Origin: Trichoplax adhaerens
Lineage: Eukaryota; Animalia; Placozoa
Assembly (NCBI RefSeq): GCF_000150275.1
Contig: NW_002060964.1
Coordinates: forward strand, 958,267-1,022,266
Direction of reading: 5' to 3'
DNA length: 64,000 nt
Position 1 is the first letter of the stretch. Each line of letters starts with the position of its first letter. Shown piece after piece: positions 40,287-53,050 of this stretch. Below the pieces are notes generated by a model. The model did no database searches, was not told the DNA's origin, and saw only the letters and a list, made by a program, of their open reading frames with translations. The translations under genes and the position numbers were made by a program.

Positions 40287-41299
40287 CTTGTCCAGACGCT
40301 TTTACTTTAGTGAACAAGTGCCTTGATAGATGGACTGACCGTCAATACTAATGTAAGAATATTCTCTCTATAATGATCAATTTCTTGGATTTGTTAAAAT
40401 GATAATCAACCTTGACTTGCTACTTTATAGAATGGAGATTGGTGGACTGTCATCAACGAAGAGATGAGCAATTGGAAATGCCATACATAGCACTCAAGCT
40501 GAGTGATCAGTCATTGAAGCCCTTAATAGTCTTGTAGTGGCTGATCCACTTCTCCTAATAATGCACAGAATAGTAACGGCTTGTTCTACTATCGCTGGAA
40601 TGGATTTGTTCAATGGATCTTCAACGTTTCGTTGCCCTTTTCTTGATCGAGGTGGCCAGTGTTATGCTGCAAGTTGATTCTATGAGTAAACATCTGATAG
40701 TCACGCGCCTCCTACCTTACTGTAGTTTTCGTAGTCATGTCCAAGACGGTGGCGTTCTGTTATAGCGTAGAAAGCGTTAAAATAAATGAGAAATGTGGAT
40801 GGCTAGATAGTCACAGTCAATAAGAATCATAATTTACAGTACTCTACTGTATGATGTCCAATTCTCCACTCAAAACCAGCTAAAATGGCAGTTTTTAGTC
40901 TAAATTGATGTTGAAAATTTTGCTCTCTATGCTTGCACAGAACTGGAGCAAGTTAAAAGCCCTTGACAGTCACGAGTGCATCAAACACTATAGTATACAC
41001 AGTATGACAATCAATTAAGTAAATATAATCTGCTGTCGCTATGGTAATTCTACCGACTGGGTGCAGCCAAAGGCAACTTGCAATCAAGTTACAAGAGCTT
41101 AAAAGCACCGTAAAAGAAGCTAACAATTATTCTGCAGTCCTAATCCAACTTCTACTCGTTCTATTTCGTGTACTTGTTTGACTAAGAAGGATAATTCTAT
41201 TTATTGTGCTGTACTGCAATAATTTAGTAGTCTAGATAGCCATGGTAAGAGAGATTTTCTTATACCTATTGCTAGGCAGTTAAGCTCGAAACCATGGAG

Positions 41300-41331
41300 T
41301 TCTAGATTACTTCCCGGGAAGTAATCTAGAA
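41300..41331. repeat. Perfect 32-bp palindrome centred on TTCCCGGGAA
   Basis: TTCTAGATTACTTCCC|GGGAAGTAATCTAGAA. Confidence 0.95.
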
Positions 41332-42507
41332 GTCTATGCCGAAATTCTACCGTACTTTACTTACGAAGGTGCAGAGCTTTAAGGCTAAGAATGCATTCAA
41401 CGCTACAGCAGGTGCAGTACGATAATCAGAAGAAAGAAGCTATCCAAGCAAGGAACTACTGGTTTAATAATTAATGCATCTTCTATTAGGATATAGTTAT
41501 GATTGCAAAGTGTTATGTCGAAAAACATACAGCATACCAGTCATTGCTATAAATGACTGACTAATTTTTCAAAAGCGATTAGCAAAATACTGCCGACATG
41601 AATTTGGTTTTTAATCAAGATCCAGGATAGAAACTAGCTATATTATCGGTACTCTATATAGAAAACAAGTGGTTAACCATTTGCGTGATGATAACTCTAA
41701 AATTGCGCTCTCTGTAAACGTCTGAAATAGATCCTGTAGAGCTATGGGGAAGAAAATCAATTTTTCAACTGTATGTTGATTGTATTTCATATCGAGGCAT
41801 AGCAGGCGGCATTAACTGTGGGTTTTGTGCATTCAACACGCGTCTAAAATAGATCCTGTACAATGCCATCAGCATTGAACAGGAAGGTAGTCCATTTCTT
41901 GTCCTATACCGTTGTCATCACAAATTAAATTAGTAGAGTTGCGATGCATGCAAGATACAGGTAAAAGTGAAAGACTTTCCTTTTCTCGCAATACGCGATC
42001 GACTCCAACTCTCTAGTATTTCAAGATTAATGTTGATTCTGTATTAATGAATTATTCATCTTACAAAACACTGCAAATAACTAGTACTACAATAAGTGTA
42101 CGTACATAAGTACAGGCAGAAAAGATTTAACATACAGTAATTGTAAAGTACAAGGATAATATCGTGCAGTTGGGTGGTTGAAGTAATAAAATACTGCCTT
42201 GCAGAAGGTGAGTAACAATGATTTAAAAGCTGACGTTGCATCTACAGCATAGCATTGATATTAATAAATATATACAAGATGGAAGTAATTTATTATTGAG
42301 TGTCAGCAGAATTGATTTAACAAACAATCCTAAGTCAACAAATGCATCAGCAAAAATGCAAGGTGTGGAATGGTATACCACAAGTTTATCTTTTATACAG
42401 TATAGACAGTTATGTTGGAGGACCATCTGCCATATTGGTAAAAATACAATCGTTGTCCCCTTTCTATCGTCATTTTCATCGAAAATAGAGAATTAGCTTA
42501 CTCCTCA

Positions 42508-43908
42508 CTACAGTAAATCCTTCCTAACTTCAGATGCAGCATCTGCTTCTTCCGTTAAGACATCTTTAGTGACTTCGTTACCGTAGATATAGACGCTGTA
42601 CAATGTAGCAAAAAGACAGAATAATGACACCCCGATGTTGACTAGATCAATAATCATAAAGGCAGGCGATTTATGTGGCGATTTATCGATCAATATCCAC
42701 AAGAGCAACTGATGGATGGATAGAACAAAGTTGGCTGCTAGACAAAAGCTACTCATGCTGCACAGAACTAAATAACAACTGTGAATTGAAACATTTTTTC
42801 TTTTCAATATATTTCCTGCAGTTCTACCGGCAGCAATCAAAAAATAGGATGTTAAGCTAGTAAAAAGTACAAAAGGTGCAGCATGCAAGAGTATTGCCGT
42901 TAGAAAGGTAATCGCGATAAAGATACAACCACAGAGCGTTAATATGAAGCACAAGACAAATTGTTTGGTTTTCAATGCTTGGCTATAACCCTGCCAAGGT
43001 TCACCATTTTTCACCGGATCATACTTATGCATCCCTAATCGACTTCCAATAATTACTTCTACAGAAACCGATAAGAAAAATCCAGCTATACTTGATATAG
43101 CTGTAAATGCAAATATCACCAACGAGGTTGCTGTATTCCACCGAGAATATTCCTTTGCATGAACAATAAATATAACGTTACACATAACCGATACCCAACA
43201 GCCACATCCTCCAGCACGACTGAAAGTGAGAAACCATATACCAGCATCGGGTAATTGTAACTTAGATGTGATGATGCCTAGTATGCCCGCAGTCAATAGA
43301 CAAGTACCAGCTAGGATAAATAACATGGGGAAAACACTATTTTCGCCAAACAAACCAACGATACTACTGACTAATAGCGTAATACTGGCAATGACTTGGC
43401 CCTGGCCTACACTACCATAATATTGATTTGAACCTGTACAACAAAATTCATCTGTCCAGTAATATCGTACCCAGCCACTGCATCTTTCATAATCATTGCA
43501 CGCAGACAACGATTTATAATACCTATTGACGCTTAAACAAGACAATCCACTAATACCTAAAGCGGTAGCAATATTGACAATGAAGAGGATGCATTGCGGA
43601 GCAGTATTAAAATAATTGTTGCTAATAAAGATATAACAGTATGTTATAATATTAACGGTCGATAGGGCTATACTCCATACCGACAACGCCATGATAGAAG
43701 CTAAAAGAGTAGCATTCGGCTTTTGATTATAAGTTAGTAAAGCTGTTATTACGGAAAAGATGGAGATAGCTGGTAGTACAGGCGTAGTAAATGTCATAGC
43801 ACTGATGGTCCCATTACTTGGATGAACACCAATAACAAAGAAGGATAAAGAGCCAGAAAGAAAGCTAATAGCCCCTAAAATTGCTAAGATAACAAATACT
43901 TTCTCCAT
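42508..43908 (-). CDS. Intronless ~12-TM membrane protein (paralog B)
   Basis: ATG 43908 (MEKVFV) aligns with MEWIIM of paralog A. Shared motifs: FTxPxLPAI, SVNxYY, WVRYxWxDExxC, WFxxFSR, EVxxGSRLGxHKxDxVxNGExWxGY and GRTAxNIL. Confidence 0.85.
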   Translation of the reverse strand: MEKVFVILAILGAISFLSGSLSFFVIGVHPSNGTISAMTFTTPVLPAISIFSVITALLTYNQKPNATLLASIMALSVWSIALSTVNIITYCYIFISNNYFNTAPQCILFIVNIATALGISGLSCLSVNRYYKSLSACNDYERCSGWVRYYWTDEFCCTGSNQYYGSVGQGQVIASITLLVSSIVGLFGENSVFPMLFILAGTCLLTAGILGIITSKLQLPDAGIWFLTFSRAGGCGCWVSVMCNVIFIVHAKEYSRWNTATSLVIFAFTAISSIAGFFLSVSVEVIIGSRLGMHKYDPVKNGEPWQGYSQALKTKQFVLCFILTLCGCIFIAITFLTAILLHAAPFVLFTSLTSYFLIAAGRTAGNILKRKNVSIHSCYLVLCSMSSFCLAANFVLSIHQLLLWILIDKSPHKSPAFMIIDLVNIGVSLFCLFATLYSVYIYGNEVTKDVLTEEADAASEVRKDLL

Positions 43909-44939
43909 TGACGCGTAGATCAAATTTTAAAGATGGAAAGTGTGATTCACCAACCAGTGGTTAGTCTACCAGTAACAGTAATCAGTTTAAAGAGAAAGGT
44001 GGCTGTGATCCAATACCTACATCGGACTGCTCCTTAGACCAACAGTGCGTGTATGCTATTAATTAATGTGATGTAGTCCGTACGTTTTCTATTTGCGTTT
44101 TACACTCGTTGTTTGTACCCAGAGGTCCTTGACTATAGCTCGCTCTTGAGTATTGACTATTCAGGAAATCTGCTCCAGGTTTACCGCTAGCAGCCCAATT
44201 GATAATTTGACGTCATGGGCTAAGAATAGCGCGAGATGGCTTTAGTATTGATGACTGGTTGTATACAGTTTCCACCATAGATTTAGCAAAGAGAACCTTA
44301 TTGTACAAGAGCACCCCTATCTACTGCTCCGCTATCGCAAAACTAAATCAATAAGCAGCATCAATCATGTCAATCATAACTCGCCGAGAGGTGAGAACTG
44401 AAAGTTTTCTACTGTATTTGGGTATTTATCTGTTTTGTCTATAATAAGCCTTATTATTTTAGTGATCCAATCCTAATGCTGTATGGAAAATGAATCTTTT
44501 TTTTTTCTCTTTGTTTACTGTCCCTCTTTCTTAATAGTTAATTGAATTATTTCATACTTTTAATGTAGCGGTCAAAGTGAGATGAGTCACGTAAAAAGAG
44601 TGGAGACTGGAAATGATCGTTCCGTATACTAAACATAGAGAAGGCAATTATTTTGCTGGTGATTTGTACTGTACTTATGCAAAATGAGTAATTTTGTACA
44701 GTATAATGGTGAATGATACTATTAGCTATCCATGATTGAAAATGTAGTCTATAACTAGTCATTGAATCATGGTCTTTTCCTCATCGAGATACAAGAAAGG
44801 GGACTATGCAATACCATCCATGATTCTAGTTTGAAAGGTGTAGAACTCTTTATTGTAGTGTATACTGCAGACCTGTGCATGAGCTAACCCAAGATCATGA
44901 TCGCCTTTTAACTGAAGTTCTACTGAACCGAGATAATTG

Positions 44940-45570
44940 TACCGTTGCAATTCAAGTCTTTGATGATACAGCAAATTGGCCTGTAAAAAAGGTGGTCTAA
45001 GGAAGCCATTTCTGGTACTATACGTCACTGCATCTGATGGAGGTACAGGAATTTTTCTTTCTACTAGTGTTGTCCGGCCAAGCATTATAACTGTGTAGTT
45101 TTCAGTACAGTAGTGTACAGTATAGTAGACCATGCAAAATATGCAAATGATATCTGATCTTTGCTTACCTCTCTGGGCTGATACTTGGACTAATATACAG
45201 TACTGTACAACGATGATATTATTTTACAATTTTGTCCATTTCAGCTCATTTTCAACGCGCAAGATGAAGATATAGTGTATATTACGCAACTCGTATATTA
45301 TATCTTATACAACCAAATGGCTCATTTTCAAATATCTATTCATCGAAAATTATACTAAGATATTAAAAATGATTGCATAATGCATTAGTCAATCTATCAC
45401 CTGAGGGGAGGTGCAAAAAGATTTGTGGAGATATTTTCGGATGATGTCCCAACAGCCTACAGTACTACTGTATACTGTACACTGTAATCACAGGCCTGTC
45501 GACTATCATTCTTCCGTACTTACAGTGTAAGGTGACAGCAGTCCAGACTCCAGACCATAAAATCCATCTT
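44940..45570 (-). CDS. Candidate small spliced gene divergent from PEX16, product unknown
   Basis: GT-AG bounded exon candidates at ~45570-45524, 45456-45401, 45189-45169 and from 45090 join without stops in two frames, for example ..LLSPYTAVGTSSENISTNLFAPPLSPSISPESYNAWPDN.. Confidence 0.35.
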
Positions 45571-45709
45571 ATGGTTTCATCCTATCATTTTATTCATGTT
45601 TCTCATTTCTGTCATCATTCCAGGATTTCTATCAAAACATAAAACCTCGCCATACTGAAACCGAGATTTGATCCGTTGATTTACAGGAACTGTACACTAT
45701 TCTGTACCT

Positions 45710-46015
45710 CTAAAAACGTACAGTACACTATAGTATGAGAGCGTACAGTACGGTACAGTTCGGTGCGTTACGGTGCGGTATGGTTTGGTACGGTCCGGTA
45801 CGGTACCATAAAATCGCGCAACGAACATGGTTAAGAGTAGTATTAGTCTTACTATAGAAGTTCCTGACTGTATGGTATGATACTGTACCTGTCTGGTACA
45901 GACTCATACAAGGTCTCTCGTACAGATTCTGTACAGTACTGTACAGTACAGTGTACAGTGTACAGTACAGGTTTTGGGGCCCAGCCGGTACCAGTACCAG
46001 TACCAGTACAGGGTC
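45710..46015. repeat. GTAC-rich microsatellite-like tract ((CGGTA)n, (CAGTA)n, (CCAGTA)n) directly upstream of PEX16
   Basis: Examples: GTACAGTACGGTACAGTTCGGTGCGTTACGGTGCGGTATGG and CCGGTACCAGTACCAGTACCAGTAC. Confidence 0.85.
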
Positions 46016-46083
46016 AGCTGATACGGGACACCACATACAAACGGAAGGGCGAAAGTTGACACGTTAAAGGTCAATCAACTAAA

Positions 46084-49000
46084 ATGGCGTCTGGAATCCT
46101 CCATTTTATCACTGCCAAATGGCAAGAAATTGCTACCAATTACAGGGATTTAATCATTAAAGATCCTGAAATAGCTTCGAGAATAGAAGCTATCCTGCGT
46201 ATGGTCTCCTATCTTATCCAAGGTTATACACGTAAGATAGATACGGTGTTGAAAAGATTGCAAACGGGAGCAAAATATCTGCTAATAGTACAGAGTCTAC
46301 GGGGATATACACTACTAAGCTTGCATGCTAAATACGTTGGGTATCGTCTACACCCGATCACAAGAATGCTATCCACTTGGTTTTTTAATTTTAGACTAGT
46401 GTGTAAATAGATGTAGGGTAAAACAATTTCACCCTGTGGATTCCCCATTCTACAAGATAGGCCATAGTGTAATGCGATTTCTATGGACCCTTACGCTACA
46501 AAAGAGCAGCTCTCAACGAGTAGCAGTGACCACCAAGTGGATTCCAAGAAAGAGTCCACCTCTCTCGTAATTCTATCCTATATAGTCCTACTAGTAAATT
46601 GTACAGACAATATCAATGTGGATAACACGATTGAATAGTGTTGCTATTTAATACGCTAATGTGAAATGCTCGTGCTAGTATTCAGCATCGCTATGTGCCA
46701 GTACTAGTTCACGCAATTTCAGCCCCTTGTGTCTTGGTAGGAATGCTCGTCATGACAACCATCACGACTAAAACGATGTGATAGCGTTCATGTATACCAT
46801 CTGATCTAGCCTAGAATAGCAATCCTATCCTACTAGTATCCTACGAATACTTTAAGAGATACAATTTGAAGGATAGTATACTGTACAGTACTGTACTATG
46901 CATGATTGCTAGATCAAGGGTACAAGTACTTTTGCAGCGAATGGCGACGAGTTTGCTAAAACCTGTAATACTGTACTTATGTCGTTCCACACTCAATTGT
47001 CTAACTATGACTTTCTATCCTGTAGGCAAATTTCCTTTTTCTCAAGAAATATCAGAATTAGGTAAGTCAGGAAGCTGTAGCGCACTTCAATCCCACATCT
47101 CCCTCTGAAACTGTACATATTATAAAGAGATCTATTTGTCTTGTTACTCATCATGTATGTTAAACGCATACCTGCTATATCGATTATCCTCTGTAAACTG
47201 TATTTTACAGTAATTATTAATTAATTTTCAGGATAAGAATTCATATAATCTTAGTTCCGTTTTATCCATTTCTTGAATAAATATCTAATCGAATATATGC
47301 ATTTCATTGGACAACAGTTTATACTGCATCTAATCTGTTGACGTTAACCAACGACGAAATCTATAGACATGCCAGGAAATTAGCCAATGTTTCGGTAAGA
47401 TAAAACAGCAGGAATAGACCTAGAAAATTATGTCGTATGAACATACTGTAATCGACTAGCATAATATGCTTAGGTCTGATACTATTAGCAGTTCTTTCAT
47501 TCATCACTCAAAATATCAATACTAACCACTTCAGGATAACAACTATGACATCCAACATCAATACTTGCTCATAGAAAAGAATTGCCATCATAGTAACCAT
47601 GAAGGCATACTGTTGTATAATTAATTATTATTTATATAGCGATACTCCCCTGAAAGGTACATCATGGAAACCTAGTTGATAATATGAACTAATCTTGTGC
47701 TAATTCAGTATTAAAAAGGTGATCGTAATGACCAATAAAATGCTATGCTGTAGACTATTGCATAGGTTGCACTATGCGTAGGCTGTTATTACTGTATGTA
47801 CTAGATGCTATCGTACGCGGACATAACAATTGTGTAAATTCCCTAATCCATCTTGTAAAACAAGTAGTATTGATTTCAGCTATCAATAGAACAGTATGAG
47901 TAGTTACTGCAATGACTCTTATACCATTATTAGCAACTATATTTTCCAATGCAAACTCTTTTCTTTCGCTATAGTCTGCATCTGTAATAAAGATCAAAAG
48001 ATGGCTCACAGTAGTTGAATACGTTGAAGTATTTATTGAAGTTGGATCGGCTCGTCTTCTCGGCGACTTTGGACGCTGGGTGGTAGTATTAATGGTACAA
48101 ATTTTAAAGTAAGTCATTGTAATACTTATTACCATCCAATATGAAACCGGTATACTGTAGTTTTAATGTGGAAACACTCAACACCAAGTAATATTCACTT
48201 TATCAAAAAGAGCCGCAATGAGATTGGTCTTAGTTTTCAAGCACAAAGATGGTATCCAATGTCGACCAACGATTGCACCCATGAAAAGAGATTCTAAAAC
48301 TTTATCCGAGATGAACAACAAACAAAATATGAAAAATGATCCAACTGCCCAGGAACTGCCAGTATGGAAAGGAGAAAGATCCGGGCGATTCGTTCGATCT
48401 CTTTCTGCCGGTAGTCAAGCTTAAACTTTGAAATCGAAGATTGTCACTTACATTCAGTTACTTTGAACAATTTATACCGTGTAATTGTTGTAATGTTATA
48501 TTTTCATGCACCAGATCGTCGTCAATACCCTAACTTAGACCAATATAAGATGTTTGTTGAACAAGAGCCCACTCCCCTCACGGAAAGGCAAAAGCTAGCG
48601 GAACTGTTATATACTGTCCGCCCAGTTCTTCACAGTAAGTATTCATCAATAAATCATCGCTACGTTATAACCTAAAGTAGCCTATAGAAGTCACCTCTCA
48701 GATGAAAACTCTTATTGTAGTATTAAGCATGTTTACTTTTGGACAAAACTCCTGGAAACCCTGGCTAATATCCACATTTACGGATCTATCCAGGTATCGT
48801 AAAGAGCTTTAGAAAGGTTTCTTACTAATTGTAATAGATCTGCCATCCCGCATGAACTAATTTTTACTTTGGAATGAAATTCTTATCTTACAATAATGTC
48901 CTAATGTAGTTTAGTGATAGCGGGCGATACTACAAAACGAACTTTTCAAGAAAGACAAGAAATTTCTCGCCGATATATGGTGTTACTATTATATTTACTG

Positions 49001-49318
49001 AGATCTCCTTGTTATGACAATTATTCAAGGTAAGTGAGGCAATGACTGTAATAAATTTGATGCATCGGGCATTAAAATTGAACTATTATCTGCTTATGCC
49101 GAAATTGTATAGGGAGAAAGTGATAGCCATCCTTGGCTTTTTAAGCCGTTATATTCCTGGATCATCACTTATAATCGGTATGGTATATTTGTACAATTGC
49201 ATGTGTTAAGGCTTTATAATATAATACGTATTATTTGCTCTGCCAATGTCTTATAGGTCCGTTAATAGAATATTTACCGTATTGGCAGAAAACCTACTCT
49301 TATAATTGGACTTCCTAA
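46084..49318 (+). CDS. PEX16: Peroxisomal biogenesis factor 16, ~11 exons
   Basis: Exons encode EAILRMVSYLIQG|KFPFSQEISEL|VYTASNLL, WLTVVEYVEVFIEVGS..GRWVVV, PTPL..LAELLYTVRPVLH, SWKPWL..DLS, EISRR..LLLYLLRSPCYDNYS and PLIEYLPYWQKTYSYNW. TAA at 49316-49318. Confidence 0.93.
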
Positions 49319-50305
49319 TTATTATATTATTGTACTTTCTTATTACTCATTCCTGATTTTCCTTTTATGTGATTTCTTTAATCGAAATGGCAAACTATCA
49401 ACTATGGACTCGATGAGTGGATTAAACTGATAGCCCTGTTTATCGAAAATATTTAAAAGTTGATAACTCTCTGATAAATATTACTTGTATTATCATTCTA
49501 AATATGACAAACAGGAACGTCTGATAAAATCAAAGTGCAGCATTACCATTTATAACTGTTATATCATGCTTCACTCACATAATCGATGGGCAACACCAGT
49601 GATCCTACTAATGAGTAAAAGAATCAAGTTAAGCTGTTCATCTTCTAAATTTTATTGTAATTTGATGTGTTTTACATCATTTTGTTAATTCTTTTAATTA
49701 CATCATACAGTAAGAACTGTTTCATCTACATTTAATGTCAATATATAATTTGTCGTAGGCCTACATCTATTGTACAGCACAGTAAAATGTAAGCCTGTAG
49801 GGCAACGACAGCACTTGAACTTATTTGCTTATTATTTCGAGTATACTTTTGAAATAAATGATGTGCAACAAATGAAAATTACTTGTATACCACTCATCTG
49901 GCGATCGTGAACTGGAAAAAATTAAAAGTATGCTCATAACCGATACGCAATGACTATCGCTAAAACCCGTTAAATTATCGAAGTCTTATATAAATAAATT
50001 AATATGATTTTAACCTTTGATACTTGACTGAATCATGTCAAAGAAATTGACAATAATTACGCTAGTTTCAATCGCCTTCCTTTCATTAAAAATTATTACC
50101 GATGAACATTAGTCAACTTTACTTTATACAACCTGTACCTTCCTTACCTTGTACGATAAATTTGCAGACTTATCAAGACTAAGGATTTAATACTATTATG
50201 ACCCGATTTCATATTAATATCTATAATGTCTCAACGAATCTAGATTGCCTTGCCTAATAGAGGCCGATCTAAAAATTCATTCAATTCCCCATTTCTTTGT
50301 AAAAC

Positions 50306-50419
50306 TGTTACGAAGTAGAAATTTTCTAATTGGTTTACTATGTTGGACTCGTAGTTATGATTCGTATAGTGAACTCTTATTCTTATTACAAGAAAATCTT
50401 ACAAAAAAAGATCGTGACA
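50306..50419. mobile_element. 114-bp mini insertion with LTR-like termini (internally deleted LTR?)
   Basis: TGTTACG...CGTGACA (6/7 inverted, same ends as 58538-58970). It is absent from the paralogous flanks at ~53670 and ~58420. Only an AAC duplication is visible. Confidence 0.5.
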
Positions 50420-51542
50420 AACAATCCAAGGAGCAACAATAGGAATATTTTTATTTAAATTATAATTGAATACTACTTAATTATAATAATACAATTTTCT
50501 TCAATAATCAGCATTGATGAATGTGTAGTACTGAGCTAATAATAAATGAAGCTGATAATTAAAAAATGATGTATTGTAATGTAACGTTTGATTCTGATTT
50601 TGGGGCCAATAAATACTCAATAGTATGGAAGAGATATATTTCCTATTTATAAACTTGTACCTGTCGATACCTTCTATAGCGTATTTACTGAAGAACAAAT
50701 TTAAAATTAATAGGCAATCATTATAGCTATGCGTTGTGGGTATAAAATCGATTAACTACTAACTTCTACCGTATCTAGCTCTATTTTATGCTTTAAATTG
50801 AAATTAATTTCAAGCTCTCCAAAACATAATTCTGTACGTGAATTGTTATCCATCGATTTTCTAGTAAGTATTACAGGCCAAAGACAAGTAGAAACTAGCA
50901 AGTTACTGTAATGAAAATCGTATCTTAGAGCACAATTAAACTCTGATAACTACATGTCGAAAGATTGAAATCATCTTCGAGCTAATTAAGCCTCATAGCC
51001 GTTACTAATAGTATTTGATACTATACTTTTTTAATTAATAAAAGTTTAGCTCCATAGCTAAAATTGACAATAATTTAACACTACCTACTAACATTGTAAA
51101 GGAGTATTAAAACAAGAAGCAATTCAATTAACCCTTACTTAACGTTGTAATGATAATTTTACAATTGCTTTCCACTTTTCAGAGTAGCATTAACAATACC
51201 TTCTACTAATGAATAACAATGGATACACGATTACGTAGCAGCCAAGAGAAAATTGCTCAATTAAGCATAGAAAACTGATTTGAAACACTACTACCAGATG
51301 TTATAGCTGATAAATTTAAAGCCCTAATTCACTTGGGATAATTACAACACGGCTTAGGGTACATGAGTAAAATTAGAAATTCTCTTTAATCGTTGAACGT
51401 GTTCCCAGACTTTATTTAATCAAGAAACGTTAGATTGCAATCAAGTATTAACAAGTTCAATCATTCTACGGCCAAATAAGCACACTTAATCGCATCGATA
51501 TTTTGCAATAGAGGTAGATTAAAAGCATCTATCTCATCGACT

Positions 51543-52502
51543 ATGCTTAATAATAATACTAATACATACACGTCAGAAAGCTCTGCTTTTTTAGTCGTCC
51601 AACTTTGCGTTACGACATTGGTATCGGTTAGTAATATCGCTTTAGTGGTAATCGTGGCGTTCTCTAAAAATTTACACGATTTATCTTATAACTTTATTAT
51701 TAATGTATCTATATCCGATATTATTTCATCTATCATACAATATACATATATCGGTACATCAATCTCAACCGTTTCAATGCCTAGACCTGTAGGTGTTGTT
51801 GTATGTCCAATAGCATATGGACTTACGGTTACATCGATCAATACCTCTATTACAAGTTTAACTATGATAAGTATCTATCGATTTAAAATCGTTACTTGTC
51901 CGTTAACATTTCGAGATACAACTATTTTTAAACATTGTACTAAGTTTATTATACTGTCTTGGCTTATAAGCGTCATATTCGCTACCCCTGCTTTCCTAAT
52001 AGGAACTTATAATTCAGCCACGAACAACTGTGACTTTGGCTTCCCTTATGGTAACATCTTCAACGTTGTCTATTTTTCGATTACCTTGCTATTCGTGTAC
52101 TTGATTCCAGGAATAATAATGTTAAGGAATTATAACCGTATCGTTATCAGTTTATCTTCTCAAATATCTGATAACACTGCTATATCTCATGACCGCGAAG
52201 CTTCTATTAATCGTACACGAAGCGTTATTCGAGTTTTTATTGTCGCAACACTGGCACAAACATTACTGACATTGCCCTATATTATGACTATGTTGACTTA
52301 TTCAATACTCAATCAAAGCCAATTTCAGCTACTCTTTAACAATCCCCAATTTTTTGTAGCCAACTTTATATCGTTTGCGAGTAATACCGTATCCTACTTG
52401 ATAAATCCATTTATATTCTTGATTTTCGATAAAAATGTAAAAACGTCAATGTATGACTTATGTCTTCGAATTCGTGATAGACGTAGTAATACGAAATCAT
52501 GA
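51543..52502 (+). CDS. Class A (rhodopsin-like) orphan GPCR, intronless, paralog 1
   Basis: 319 aa with 7 hydrophobic segments: SN (TM1), NVSISD (TM2), C3.25 and ISIYRF (TM3), W (TM4), ECL2 Cys, YLIPG..Y (TM5), LPY (TM6) and NPFIF (TM7). Confidence 0.93.
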   Translation: MLNNNTNTYTSESSAFLVVQLCVTTLVSVSNIALVVIVAFSKNLHDLSYNFIINVSISDIISSIIQYTYIGTSISTVSMPRPVGVVVCPIAYGLTVTSINTSITSLTMISIYRFKIVTCPLTFRDTTIFKHCTKFIILSWLISVIFATPAFLIGTYNSATNNCDFGFPYGNIFNVVYFSITLLFVYLIPGIIMLRNYNRIVISLSSQISDNTAISHDREASINRTRSVIRVFIVATLAQTLLTLPYIMTMLTYSILNQSQFQLLFNNPQFFVANFISFASNTVSYLINPFIFLIFDKNVKTSMYDLCLRIRDRRSNTKS

Positions 52503-52654
52503 TTAATTTATCAAAGTAGCTACATCGGATACGGTGTCATTTTTCACTAGCCATTTAGTCTTAGATAGCTTGCGTACTATTTATAGTGTTTATTACAATC
52601 TAGTCATTATTATGGATCAAGCTACGAATACTGTAACTTAAATACAGATTATTG

Positions 52655-53050
52655 ATAGAGAACCTGTTCGCTATTTAACAGGTTAATTGTTATCCCATTC
52701 TTATTCTAAAGCGGATCAAATTTGTGCTATAATAACTTCGATATGTAATCAAGATAGGTACTTTCTCACTATTTGTGGGATATATAGTTATCCAATCCTT
52801 ATTCTGAAGTTAGCAGGACTAAATTGTTACTATAATAAGTTTGGTAAGAGATAATGATAGAGCTCTCTTTCGCTATTAATAGAGTTAGTGGCTATCTAGT
52901 TGTTACTCTAAAATAGACCAAATTAAAACTATAATAAAGTGACACGAAAGAATATTAGAGAACTTACTTACTACTCCTATTTATGCTCTTAATAGATATT
53001 CAATTGCTATTTTACGACGGATCAAAATTACTACTATGATAATTTTATTA
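52655..53050. repeat. Degenerate ~100-bp tandem repeat downstream of GPCR 1 (homologous array at ~56150-56640)
   Basis: GATAGAG..CTATT..GTTATC..TTATTCT..GATCAAATT..CTATAATAA units at ~52655, 52752, 52856 and 52954. Confidence 0.7.

Noticed and set aside
38871-43908. MFS/SLC transporter call for the 12-TM proteins
   Set aside because: No motif A or 6+6 symmetry was seen; the long loops fall after TM4 and TM8, favouring a 4+4+4 organisation.
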